DNA of 64,000 bases from a virus (lineage: Duplodnaviria; Caudoviricetes): the IMG/VR virus record IMGVR_UViG_3300017909_004705, one strand, 5' to 3'. This document shows, piece after piece, positions 29,601 through 39,600 of the stretch (positions are counted from its first letter, which is position 1; every line of letters begins with the position of its first letter). A program made the position numbers and the translations under genes. The notes beneath the pieces are model-generated. The model did not search any database. It saw only the letters and a list, made by a program, of their open reading frames with translations, and was not told the origin of the DNA.

Positions 29601-32600
29601 AAGAATGTTGTGTGCTTCCGTCGTTGCTCTGCGAGGTCCTTCGGAATATTTCGACCTTGCCGGCATTTCCAGGCGCAAGTGAACTGACGGCCAAAATATC
29701 GCCGTTGTCATTTGCCTCTAACCTGTGGCCGAACCTCTGTCCTGAGCCGCCATCTGGTGCTTCTATTGTGTAATCCTGTGTCCATGTGTCATACGTAGAA
29801 CCGTCTGATCCAACTGCCCACTTGTACATGTAAACTCTTCCTTGGTCACTGTCATGTCCAGGAGCCGAAATAAAAAGATACTTGGTAGGTGTTGTGGTCA
29901 ACGAGTCGGCGCCAGGTTCGGATATTTGGTGTTGCCAACCAAAGTTCAATCCTTCGTTGCTACTAGATCCGTCCGTTGGAGGAGATATTGTGTTTAGTAT
30001 CGAATACTCAAAAGTGCTTGGATTCCATTGGTATACCTTAACAAGTCCCGAATCTATCTGCCTGGTGCTACCGTCTGAGTCGACTGTGTTACTGAATGGT
30101 GCACCTGCAACCACATAATTCTCATCGGTACTGATTGATAACGATTCACCCAATCTGCTGGTATTGTCATCGTTCTCTGTCATAGTGACAGTTGACTGAG
30201 TTGAGAGGCTAGTGCCTGCATCTGCATTTTTCCTAAATAGGAAATGCACTTCACCTTGCCCTTTGCCTGGTGCTGAAACAATAATTGTTCTACCGTCGTT
30301 ACGTGCAACAATCCTGTGTCCAAACTCCTGTGATGCTGTCGTGGCATCAGGTGAAAGAACCAGTCCTGCATCGTATGGATCACACTTTTCGTACACACGC
30401 CACAGTCCTGAACTGTCGCTGTCAGCAAAAACCTTGTCCCCTTCTCTGTCTATCGCAGAATCTCTGTCATTGTATTCACTGTGATGTATTAGATCGTTCA
30501 CATTGTCCATTGATGCGAGTCTTACAGAAATAAATTTGCTTATGTTTCCAAAACTGTCTGCTGTTGAACCATCTTCTAATGTTGGTATGAAACCCACGTT
30601 TCCTTGGAAATCAATAATGACCGTCTTGTGACTCACAACGGCCGCTACTTGATACACACCATTAAGCGTTGGCTCCTCACTATTAGAGATTGCAAAAAAG
30701 TCCGGTTGGCTTGTAGAAGAACCTGCTGACAGACCATGTGATCCTGTGAATGTGATCTCCAACTGTGTTGCATCGTTTATAGACCGTAGATCTGCAATGG
30801 TTACTCCTGCGTTGGTTATTCTAAACACGTCCCAATCATTGTTGCTCTTGTTTGCCACCCAAATTAAATCATTTGCTGACACAGTTGACATGTCTAGGTT
30901 CAAAAGCTCTGTTATGTTGAATGCAGTGTGTTGCACCTGGGTTAGCCTAGGATACCCTGCTGTTTTAAATACCTGGGCTCTGTCTCTGTCTATTCCTTCT
31001 TTTGTATAATCTAGTCTTTTGAAAGTTTCCGAGGCAGTGTATTCAACCGGCCTGAAATAAAAATTTTCCTTGACTATGCCACGTGATCTTCCATATGACG
31101 CCGTTTCATTTGTGTTGTCTAAAAGTTCTATGCTTTGCGGGTTAAATTGGATTTCACTGTCTTTTAGAGTTATCTGTATGTTTTCAGTTGTGTCTGTGTT
31201 TCCAAATGACCCTGTCCTAATCATCCATTCAGGATATAGGTCGAGATTTATATCTTCGCCTTCATACTTCGCTTTTAAAATTTTATCTATTGCCGCCTGT
31301 GTTCCTTTTTCTCTGATATAGCCTTGGTAGAACTTGTATTGTGATACATCATTTACAAATAGATTCTCAAGATAGTCTCTTGACTGATAGCCTATTAGCC
31401 TCTGAGCCAGTTCCTGTTGTGATTCGTCAAAGTTGTTTGTCTCTAGATTGTAGAAATCGTTGAACTGCGATATCTTATATTCGAAATTCGGAATCAGTTG
31501 TGGTGCAGGTTTTTGATCTTTCTGTGTCCAATTTAGTGTATCAAACTTAGATCCTGAATTATGATTGGTTTTTGCCACATAAAATTTTCCTTGATATTCA
31601 ACGCTGTCACCTATTCTGTAATCTGTATTCGCCAACCAATATGTGACCTGTGCCGCATCAAACACAAAACCTGGGGCATAGTAGTCACCGTTCCAATTTG
31701 CAGTCTTCCAGCCAACCACTTTCAATCTTTGCTGTCTGAAACCTGTTGACGGTTCATAAATTATATCTGAGAACACAGTTTTGTTGTCAAAGATCAGCAA
31801 GTGTTCTTTCTGCACAGTGTTCAAAGAGATGTTGTAAAGTCCAATTGTGTCTGACTTGATTCCAAGCTCGAACGTCTTGCCAATTCTTTTTGTTGACAGT
31901 TCGGCTATGTCTATCTTCCTACCGCCTGCATCAAGCACTGAGTAGTCGCCTGCAAGATTCCTTAGTTTCCCAACAACACTGTTATCTGTGTCCAGTTCAA
32001 ACCCGTCCGCGGCCGGTGATACTGTCACAGCAGATCCAGGAGCCCATTCCTGCGTGGTCCAAAATAAAAATTCCCTGACCGCGTTTGACCAATTCAATGT
32101 TTCTTTCAATTCATTTGAAAACTTGTTGAATTTGAAGCCCTGTGACTCTAGCCAGTGTCCATATCCAAACAAGAAGTCTGCCACGTCCTGTATAGTGTCA
32201 AACACATGTCCATACGGTATGGTCTGTGTCGCTTGTTGGTGTGTTGCATATTTTTTGACTACCAGTGAACCTTCCACTGAGACTGGTGTGACCGATGAAG
32301 TTGTTACTGGGTAGTTGAACTTGAAGTAAGGTCTCACAGTGTTATATCCAAGCACTTTGTAGCCACCAAGCACCGTTGAGCCATCTGCACTAATGTCTGT
32401 GTTCTTTTCTATAAGCACACCCGAGTAGTAGAAACTCTCAACAGGATTTGATGTCCTGAACAATATTTTAAAGTTTTCGTCGGGGATAAATTTAGAGCCT
32501 GACGTGGATCCAGGAGAAACACTGTCCGTCAACACTTTTATGTTTTCTTTGTCTGTGAAGCCGCCTAACTTGTATGCCAACTGGACAGTCAGTCCTTTCA

Positions 32601-35600
32601 TTTTGTCAGTGTAAAAAGTTTCTGCATCAAGATTCCTTGACACTAGATAGTTGATCACATAGTTCTGATACCCTGTGGTCTGATATCTAGTTGTGACACC
32701 TGTTGCAGTGTCTGTCGAGGTTTCAAGATGATACTTGGCAGTGGCCAGTGTTCTCCTGATGCCGGTATCGGTATCAATTTGGTTTTCTGCCGTGTTTGTT
32801 CCAAGCCTAGATACGTCAAAAAAGTTAGAAAAGAATTTAGCAGGTTTTGTCACTGCAAGTGTCTTCAAGGCAGTAAACGGAAATGAACTTGATCTTCTCC
32901 ATGCCGTTTCCGCAGGTGCATGGTCTCCAAATTTCCAAGCATTCTGCCTACCTGGTATGTCATAGTTGTCAACAAGTCCTGACGCCAAAGGATCAAGCAA
33001 ATTTCCTGATGCGTCAACTGGCAAGTATGATCGTATTGTTGGTTTGCCATATCTGCCAACCTCGGTCGCAATCCTGTTCCATAAAACATCATTGGCAGAT
33101 GTGTAAGGAGCCGGGCCATAAAGGTCCTCCCAGTCGCTTGGTTTTTCCGAATGTCCTAACATCTCCCACGGTCTCACATGCGGTGCGTCTGTGTCATAGA
33201 AGTATTTGTATATGCCTCTCCAGTGTCCTGGTAGGTTTTCATCTATAAGTCTGCCTCTAGATCTTGCGTAGTTGTATGTGAAAGGTGATCCTTCAGAGAA
33301 TGCTGTGTTGTTAATGTACTGAACATTGTTCCTACCTGCCCATTTGTAAAAGTCAGGACCCATGATATCATTTATTTCTCCAAGCGTGTAATCAGTTGAC
33401 GTAAATGCACTTGGAATCACATCATTCATTTCCAGCAAGTCTGAATCGAATGTCACTTTAATGTTGTTGTAAATTCTTTTTTCAAGTTCTAAGATCAAAT
33501 CATCACGTTCGTCTCCGTATGCTTTTATGATCGAACCGTCATGTTTTCTTATAACTGCCGTGTCAACAAGAAATGTATTATCCGTAAATGCTTCTGGTGT
33601 GAATTTAGGATACATACCAAGTTTGGTAGGGGACGGTGGCATGTAACTGCCAGTGGTATCTTCGTAGTCCTTGATTACAATTTTATCTCCTTCTACTAGG
33701 GCTCTTGATATGTTTACAGAATCATCTGTGGTGCTAAAAGTATAGTCCGTGCCTAGTAGTAACTGAGCGCCATTGAGATAGACATACACCGCCCTGTTGC
33801 TAGGCTTAGATATATCATGTTGTGAATTTAAAGCATAATCTTTCTGTGATGATCCCATCACAGTGTATAATCTAGTTGACACGTTTTCTCCATACCCTAT
33901 CATGTCCTCATAGAAGAAAGGGAAACTGCTATCTCTACCTGGCGTGATCGCTGAAATTATCTCGTCCACCCTGTCAGCGGCAATACCTTCATAAGAAGTG
34001 CCTGTGGCGTGGGTCAAGAACGAATTGTACCATTTCTCATATTCTTGATTAGCATAATCAATGGCAGTGATTGCATTTGCCTCTTGATCAATAAGATTGA
34101 AAATGGCCGGCAACAAAGGTGCTTCGTGTTGCTGAATGCTTCCGCCTTTTAATCTGGCGTCAGGCTTGTCCCTGAGATTCGACACCCCTGGTATTGATCC
34201 TGTGACATCCGGATTCCTATCAAGAATGTCTCTCACATGATTTAAAATTTGGCCAAAAGTAAAAGTGCCCAACTGTTCATTCAATGAGTTTGTTGATAAA
34301 TTTTGTGGTAGTTCGTATATGCCCTTATCACTCACTTTGTCAGCACTGCTATATCCTGCTATCCTTACCTGGTCGTTTATTTCAAGATCCTCGTTGAATT
34401 TAACATACTTGTTTGTTGATCCATCGACTAACGTGTAATCTGTTGACAACGTTTTTCGTGTTCCATTTACCACTACCGACACTTCTAAATCAGTCAGTGA
34501 AGCAGAGTTTTTGAAGAAGTCAATTGGAAAAAGTTTCTTTTCTGTGGCATCAACTATAAGGGTTCTCACAACCCGCTGTTTACTGTCACTTGTTCTCTTT
34601 ATCCAAGAACTTCTGGAATTGTGTGTGGCACGTCCTGTCGTGTAGTGCAGATGTCCTTCGCCAAGCCTTTTGGTGACGGTAGTTGTGCCGCTTTTGTATG
34701 TGAATGTACCTGCGGTATGATCAGATTCGAAAACAATGTCACCTATGTTGTTAATTGTGTTGTATTTTACTTTTATGCCTAGCACGGTGTCTGTAGTTGC
34801 CGAGTCAGATGTTGCAAATTCAAAAACTTTTGCTCCAGCGAATGTTGAGTTAGGATACGTAGTGGCGTCATCGAACGACACATGATCGTTGTCGAACATT
34901 GCAAAAAGAGGTTGCTGGTTTACTCCAGTCTTCTGTTGTGCTTCTTTCCATTCTGTGGTAGTGGTGTCAAAGTAAAAGGTCTTACCTTGATTATTGGTTC
35001 CAAATTCTATAAAAACGCTGTCGTCGGCTGTAGGCACTCCATCGTCCTCTAGTGTAAGACTAATATTTTGCGAACTGTCTCCAGTGTCGGCAAAACTGAC
35101 TTTGTAAATTCTTCCCTTGACTGTAGGATCAGTGTCTGCCGCAAATATCACCCTCATTCCTTCAGCAAGTGTGATACCATCGATAATGTATCCGGTCTGT
35201 AGAACTATTTCACTGAATGCATCCTTGGTGACTGTGTCGTACAAGGTTACAGATTTCTTTGCCACTGTGCCGTGATTGTACAGGGCAAGTCCTGAATCGA
35301 ATTCAATAATGGGTCTTTTGGCTCTAGCGTCCTCGTCGAAAGTTGCCGTGAAGCCTCCTATCCTAGCAGTCTCTTCTATCACCGATCTATGGAACCACCT
35401 GTTGTATCTAGACCAGGCGTTCTGGTCTCTGGAATCTCTTTTGATTGTGATATAATCCAGTGTTTCTGGAATGTAGAACGCTTTTGCATATGGTCTTGAG
35501 TCGTACGCCACTGAGTCATAAAGTATCGTCGACTCGGTTGCATAAGAGCCTGGTGTGATAAGGTCCTCAACATCTGTCAGTGTGATAGCATCACCAACTC

Positions 35601-36621
35601 CCTCAACATAGTATTCTTTGTTTTGATACGCAGTAGGAACCTTATCATTTTTGAATGTAATCTTCATTCCATTAGAAAGATCAAGCGTCCTTAAACTGTA
35701 ATTTTTTGTTCCTATGATGTCATTCTCAGGATTGATTTGGACTGTGGATGTTATATCTCTGATTTGTAGTAGGCCGTACATGGCATTGTGGTTGCCACAC
35801 TGATAATATAAAGTGTCAGGTGCTCCTGTAAGTGGTACCGTGAACGTTACTGTGCCGTAATCGGCACCGTTGTTTGTAACGCCTGAGCTGAAAAGTGTTG
35901 ATGTTGACCCGTCTTCCGCAACCTGATTGTTATAAGGTTCAGTCATTATGTAGAAAGGATGACCTTTTGCGTTTACATTGAATTTGTAGGTGTTTCCCCT
36001 GTACAGAATAAGAGTTGGATTGTTTTCATTTTCCCTGTGGGTGAACTCGTAGGCCGCTTGGGCATTATTTTTTACAGAGTATTCAACCACCGAGTTCGGT
36101 CCAACTGAATCTATCTCTATTGATCCTGGTCCATCAGGCATCCAGTAGTATTCTCTGTAGTTGACCAGTTTGTCATAGTCTATTGCAGGGTTCCAACTGT
36201 AGACAGTTTCCTTGTTTAACCTGTCATGGTTATCTACATTGCCTCCAAAAAACTTGATCTGGTTTATGTAGTCATCATAGGTACCTGTAAATTTGACCTG
36301 ATCCTCAGGATTTATACTGGTTGTGTCTTTGTCTGTGTAAGTTACCGCAGGCTCGAGCTGGTAGGCCATCCTGTCTCTGCTGGTTGCAGGCAGGTACCTG
36401 TCATTGACGTTTCTTGTGTAAGCATCCTGTCTGCCTATGAAACCGTCAAGCCTCTCCAGTGAACCTTTCTGTACCAAAGGATCTAGTGTACTTGCTAGAA
36501 ATCTCTGGTTGCTGTCTGTCCTGTAAAAGGCAGGAAGATGTTGTACGGTACGTCTGTACTCGTTGTTTCCTTGTTTTACAACTTCATTATTGACTGATGC
36601 GTTTGTTGTGTTGTCTGCCAT
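23695..36621 (-). CDS. Giant (4308 aa) baseplate wedge/virion structural protein with cupredoxin-like, FG-GAP propeller and GDGSTT beta-repeat domains
   Basis: Directly follows the gp6-like gene. Contains FYQGYIREKGT..AI and YINEVKPFHTK baseplate-wedge-type motifs and FG-GAP repeats (FG..., GAP). Confidence 0.75.
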   Translation of the reverse strand: MADNTTNASVNNEVVKQGNNEYRRTVQHLPAFYRTDSNQRFLASTLDPLVQKGSLERLDGFIGRQDAYTRNVNDRYLPATSRDRMAYQLEPAVTYTDKDTTSINPEDQVKFTGTYDDYINQIKFFGGNVDNHDRLNKETVYSWNPAIDYDKLVNYREYYWMPDGPGSIEIDSVGPNSVVEYSVKNNAQAAYEFTHRENENNPTLILYRGNTYKFNVNAKGHPFYIMTEPYNNQVAEDGSTSTLFSSGVTNNGADYGTVTFTVPLTGAPDTLYYQCGNHNAMYGLLQIRDITSTVQINPENDIIGTKNYSLRTLDLSNGMKITFKNDKVPTAYQNKEYYVEGVGDAITLTDVEDLITPGSYATESTILYDSVAYDSRPYAKAFYIPETLDYITIKRDSRDQNAWSRYNRWFHRSVIEETARIGGFTATFDEDARAKRPIIEFDSGLALYNHGTVAKKSVTLYDTVTKDAFSEIVLQTGYIIDGITLAEGMRVIFAADTDPTVKGRIYKVSFADTGDSSQNISLTLEDDGVPTADDSVFIEFGTNNQGKTFYFDTTTTEWKEAQQKTGVNQQPLFAMFDNDHVSFDDATTYPNSTFAGAKVFEFATSDSATTDTVLGIKVKYNTINNIGDIVFESDHTAGTFTYKSGTTTVTKRLGEGHLHYTTGRATHNSRSSWIKRTSDSKQRVVRTLIVDATEKKLFPIDFFKNSASLTDLEVSVVVNGTRKTLSTDYTLVDGSTNKYVKFNEDLEINDQVRIAGYSSADKVSDKGIYELPQNLSTNSLNEQLGTFTFGQILNHVRDILDRNPDVTGSIPGVSNLRDKPDARLKGGSIQQHEAPLLPAIFNLIDQEANAITAIDYANQEYEKWYNSFLTHATGTSYEGIAADRVDEIISAITPGRDSSFPFFYEDMIGYGENVSTRLYTVMGSSQKDYALNSQHDISKPSNRAVYVYLNGAQLLLGTDYTFSTTDDSVNISRALVEGDKIVIKDYEDTTGSYMPPSPTKLGMYPKFTPEAFTDNTFLVDTAVIRKHDGSIIKAYGDERDDLILELEKRIYNNIKVTFDSDLLEMNDVIPSAFTSTDYTLGEINDIMGPDFYKWAGRNNVQYINNTAFSEGSPFTYNYARSRGRLIDENLPGHWRGIYKYFYDTDAPHVRPWEMLGHSEKPSDWEDLYGPAPYTSANDVLWNRIATEVGRYGKPTIRSYLPVDASGNLLDPLASGLVDNYDIPGRQNAWKFGDHAPAETAWRRSSSFPFTALKTLAVTKPAKFFSNFFDVSRLGTNTAENQIDTDTGIRRTLATAKYHLETSTDTATGVTTRYQTTGYQNYVINYLVSRNLDAETFYTDKMKGLTVQLAYKLGGFTDKENIKVLTDSVSPGSTSGSKFIPDENFKILFRTSNPVESFYYSGVLIEKNTDISADGSTVLGGYKVLGYNTVRPYFKFNYPVTTSSVTPVSVEGSLVVKKYATHQQATQTIPYGHVFDTIQDVADFLFGYGHWLESQGFKFNKFSNELKETLNWSNAVREFLFWTTQEWAPGSAVTVSPAADGFELDTDNSVVGKLRNLAGDYSVLDAGGRKIDIAELSTKRIGKTFELGIKSDTIGLYNISLNTVQKEHLLIFDNKTVFSDIIYEPSTGFRQQRLKVVGWKTANWNGDYYAPGFVFDAAQVTYWLANTDYRIGDSVEYQGKFYVAKTNHNSGSKFDTLNWTQKDQKPAPQLIPNFEYKISQFNDFYNLETNNFDESQQELAQRLIGYQSRDYLENLFVNDVSQYKFYQGYIREKGTQAAIDKILKAKYEGEDINLDLYPEWMIRTGSFGNTDTTENIQITLKDSEIQFNPQSIELLDNTNETASYGRSRGIVKENFYFRPVEYTASETFKRLDYTKEGIDRDRAQVFKTAGYPRLTQVQHTAFNITELLNLDMSTVSANDLIWVANKSNNDWDVFRITNAGVTIADLRSINDATQLEITFTGSHGLSAGSSTSQPDFFAISNSEEPTLNGVYQVAAVVSHKTVIIDFQGNVGFIPTLEDGSTADSFGNISKFISVRLASMDNVNDLIHHSEYNDRDSAIDREGDKVFADSDSSGLWRVYEKCDPYDAGLVLSPDATTASQEFGHRIVARNDGRTIIVSAPGKGQGEVHFLFRKNADAGTSLSTQSTVTMTENDDNTSRLGESLSISTDENYVVAGAPFSNTVDSDGSTRQIDSGLVKVYQWNPSTFEYSILNTISPPTDGSSSNEGLNFGWQHQISEPGADSLTTTPTKYLFISAPGHDSDQGRVYMYKWAVGSDGSTYDTWTQDYTIEAPDGGSGQRFGHRLEANDNGDILAVSSLAPGNAGKVEIFRRTSQSNDGSTQHSFVLAQTLTGVSSDGSSLNTAFGESMAMSKDGTTLIIGAPGVDDGSTSQIDGGAVYYYKWNADGSTNTYTLQQTIKAPETQNNMKFGNSLDINQSGNRIVIGAERFATYREMKFDSGETTFDLQDTDVVDLNIGSGGAFTATMYNSKFVIDDMLEGDSVSENDDFGRGVCMIDNTVLVGAPQDDGNTTSDGSTKVENDGTVIRYDLTTSGSFAWKNIASETAFIDVSKLGQVFEFNNKSKQIRDYYDLYDPVKGRILGLADREIDIKTAWDPATYNVGDNANSKTPWAEDHLGEVWWDLSTVKWLWYEQGGQEYKNNNWGRTFPGSSIDVYEWTESRLLPSEWNLRRQTNQVVTGTALYGNDEQYTVKQIYDSRADRFVNVYYYWVKGKTTLPPRSGGDRHRHRAGHRINTVAYVANLIANPSAFDIKYYAVTDTNKLQIYNVNDLVGDDIVLNVDIRTNDFDGDAHSVWKLAREGDADFKPGHQVETRWWDSLIGSNSTGDIVPDPNSPVNERYGNNVRPRQSWYVDRYAALKEIIDYANTVLKKNQLSGTINLSNLDKKEPEPTQQSGEWDATIDTYAELTYINTADLSGSVRYLVKADETANNYWAIYTWDGTEFMRTKLQTYNTSAYWSYTDWYDTDGTMTHDENTKIDKQVTFQYELDTLDLAIGKHVKVTNADTGGWKLFMKTATGFKNVGTENGTIRLSTKLYDYSQDATGFAGADNFDDNFFDQQPSIETRNILTALRDDLFINNLAIEYNTLFFTGLRKVLAEQTYVDWMFKTSFINAKNSVRELDQRKTYTTGTDDWIEDYINEVKPFHTKLREYRLGYDKTETQDGIYTDFDNPTFYDASTGKIRPLNVSLDTAKLTEYPWQMWNDYHKKYVSSITVFDGGSGYTKTPTVNIVGGTVASTGPFQIQATSNRGSTSGSYGYFYPLFSSETQAKIWDSQNGGSGTTNTYGFDGLSGLFYGPSTTITPTSTRSGAYKMYETPDITAATATATIQDGKVTKITLTGKGSNYTATPMVVITGGADDGSTPSDTARAYANLANDLVRDFDTTIKFDRVSSTSRVVDWASNTNYAYNDLLRYNNQLYKVTNAFTSSTDFDDNVGSVYKVYGDETGLTAADRTKGFYTPGAGMPGNELDQVMSGVDYGGTMVTGLLFSQEAGWDKSGWYDFPFDTFGGSRIKAFRADGINNDYTFDTAPATTEVFQVYITQDDSTRKKLPDVIRGDGSTVTFGISETPEANALVEFIPFDDDGVLTPTDDRTIDSIVKGGLFTSALGHAPSDIVLEGDQFVSPDTSYAPEETVPGQMFDTVDIKVYTSPESGVPFISERNYRGDGTTTVFSIGDFPGSLGSVTVAVDGVIQKGSALDSTISDYTIDVANKTITFDTAPANHSEISTKVFAISGENYRVLNTFTGDGSTTAFLTSTRGEFNLDSTSSDIYVTIDGVPTTAYATSISANTITVTFNTPPEADAFVQIAGFNKSTTSTRSFASVRNESITYDGSTNRYALTYPPGAIGPLSGLTTVELNGRLLRGPDNTYYLGDGSTYTYSVLAGLEDDSTVDPAKTISSASQVEVFVNGVQKILNTHYTVDIGNQNVNFNTANVPSSTDVICISTLVDHQYFVDGGADADLVLVPSAITSPYSLSASDTLSVTTFNNALGMKQRREVLEGRSSGVFKLRFDTLNASYTFVWLNGEQLLQGSDYTVSGNTLTINGRTITSSDRLDVLYFAVDSAVNATGFRIFKDMLNRTFYKRISKTATTTLTQDMTPGIKTITVKDGSLLPDPKSIISRDGSSVQTIIPGVIFIDKERIEYFTKSSNTLGQLKRGTLGTGIKEHGSGTEVVDASGTQTIPYADTVYTNTFTGDGSTTVFALSQAPASASELDIFIGGQRLLLTSEDGSTINYSVDGSSTAVTLSTAPASGTQIKILHKKGQVWYTAKDGNPADGRGLQASTTQQAKFIADEPTNAPE

Positions 36622-39600
36622 TAGTATCCTGATCCACTACTGCCGGAACTTGACGACGATCCGGAACCTGTTGTAGTAGAGCCTGACACTGCTGATCCTG
36701 TTGTGCTGTTCGTTGTGGCAGTTGATACTGATGTGACAACAGATCCCGAAGCCGCTAATTGGTTGGCTCCAAGTGCTGTAATGATTGACACATCATCAAC
36801 GGTGGCCCCACTGATGAAAATTTCGTCTGCCGCTGAATTCAGTTGGAACAAAGACCCAAAACTTTGTCCTGACTGGTTTGGCACGATTACAACCGTTAGT
36901 AGGTCAGGTGCCAATTCATTGTGAACATAAGCGGCTAATTCTGTGAAATAAAAACTGTCTCCAAAATCCCAGTTGTCCAAAGCAAAAAATTCGTTAATTG
37001 CGGCTATCACTCTTGTTTTTATTACTGCATCTGACACATTTGTTTTAGGATTTTTAACAACTTTGAATGTTGCTTGTAATTCTTCATTGGCTGTCGAGCC
37101 AAACAACACTTTGTACTTGACAGGATGGTAAACAATCTGGTCTGATAAAGATTTCAATGGATTTAATATTCCAGAATAGTTTATCCTCAGTTGATCAGAA
37201 GTGGAAGTCTCAGGTGCTGTCCCACCGTCCTGTAGATATATTCTAAATAGATTGTCATAGGTCCTCTCCAGCATGTAAACGTCTACAATGTTAGACACAC
37301 TTGGATCGATCCGTGTTTCTTGGCCAGCATGATGCTTGTATTGGAAACTTAAAGAACTCCTGCCTTTTCTGGCAATGTAATCGGTGCTGGTTGAGAGTGT
37401 GTTCGTTGTGCTGTCATATTTTTTGATCACATCCTCATCCGATGCATAGAAGTAAAATAATTGATTGTCAGAATAAGTTGCACTCGATAGTGTTATGTCT
37501 GCTTCCTTTTCTGACACTACGAAGTTGGAGGCCGCATACGGTCTGAATCTCTCTATATTGTCATATGAAGTGTATTTCTCGAAAAAAACAAATTTTGTAG
37601 ACTCTGCCAGTGTTGGCTCGATTATGATGTCGAACAGTTCCGGATTGTCCACAACTCCATCGTCGTCATCGTCAAAGAATCCAACTTGGACTTTCCTGTT
37701 GTCTTGGAAGCCATCTGATTCAGTTACTGTGTCCACCACCTGCCAGGTGATAGGATATCCAACGCTGTTGCCTGTGGAAACTATGCTGTTTGTCTTTAAT
37801 AATTTTACTGTGTCCTTGACACTTTTTCCTGTTTTATAGTCATAAATTCTTTCTTCCACGTCGTAATGGAACTTGTTCTGTGACTCAGATTCAAAAATGT
37901 AATCTAGTTTCCTATATTGAACTGTATACGTGTTTCCGTCATTGGTGAATTTGAACCACCAACTTGCATCCGCATTTGTGCCTGTGATACTTCCTGTGTC
38001 TGCTAGACTGAATACAGAACTTGTTGAAAGATTGGTTGACGTGATTACTTTCCAAGACTCACTGTCTACATCATAACGTAATCCAAACTCCTCAAAGGCT
38101 TCAATCCGATCAATAATATCCGTCTCTAGGGTGCTTGAAAACGAAGTTGTAAGATTTGGAATAATCGCGTTGATCACTGATCCATCAGGGACCACGTTGT
38201 TCAAAGTAACTGGTCCGACCCCTGTCTCTAGGTTACCTTTTCCGCCGTTGGCGCCATCTAACACCACCGCGCCAATCTTTGCCCAAAGTCTGTCTTCTGC
38301 CTCGTCTGTTCCTGCGGTCACCAAAGTATTGTTCAAAAATTCCCTTGTGTCCGGAGACGTGAACTTTATCAAGGCTCCTGGTTTGGCGTATTTTAAATTC
38401 GAAGTGGCGGAATCGCCTATCACTAGGGCACCACCTGACGTGAAAAATCCAGTGTTTGTGTTTGTTGAAGTCGTTGTGGAATTCCATGTTGCTGTCAGTC
38501 CACTGACGTCTTTGGTAGCATATTTCAGATAATAGAATTGTCTTGCATATGCATTCTTTAATTTTGCTTCTATGTCAGCGTCGATTGTTGATTGTATATC
38601 ACTACGATTGTTGAAAGTGAATGTAAACTGTTGTGTTGATTCTTCTCTGTAAAGGATACCGTCCTCAGCAAAGGTGCTGACATTAGAGTAGGCACCTGTG
38701 GGATCCAAGATCTCCTTGGCCCTGGAAATACCCGATGCTGATCTGTTTACAGATCTTACCTTTACAATCTCCTGTGATGCCGATAATGGCACAACTTGAT
38801 AATCCTCAGCGGTGATCATCCTGTTCTGCGAATAATAAACCTGAGATGCTTTTTCCTTTATTGAATCATTGGTCTCAGTTGCCGCCGCATTGTACACCGC
38901 GGCCTTAAGGCTGATAGTCATTGTCAACGACTGTTGTGCACCGTTGGCATCCGTGTATGGCACAGTCAACTGTACGTTCTGCATGTCAGACGACTGTATG
39001 GCATACTTGGCGTTGTCACTCACCCTGACGTATGCTCTGAAACTTCCCAATGGAATGTTTGAAAAGTTTCCGTCTCCAAACACAAGATCCACTGCGTCAT
39101 CATTTTTGGTAACGACGTTGTAAATGTTTCTTTCTGACCTAGACAATGAATTGTAAATTGCGTTATTGCCGGACAGTGCAGGGACCTTGTTCCATACTTC
39201 TGCTATTTGACCAAACTGATCTAATTTGTAAAGCCAAACGTCGGTGTCGTTGACATTTGTTATGTCAAGTGGCTTGACGAAATTGGTTACAGATGCATCA
39301 ATCGTGAAATCTGTCTGCTGTAAGGTTCCTTGTTTGAAAAGGAAGAAAAATCCTGTGTTGTTGGAACTGTCCCCAGATCCGTCAGATCTGTATGTGTATG
39401 TAAGTCCCGATCCAGGCACTGGGTCTGACTCGTAGATGCTGTCTGAACCTGTGATCCTGCTTGACACTATCTCGAATCCCCTCGATATGCCTCCAACGGA
39501 TTTTGAAAATTTAAAGATCGGTAAATCCAATTGATTTGAACTTAAAGTGTATACTTCTGTGTCAATGCCACCAATCTGACCCGACTCCCTTGGATTGCCG

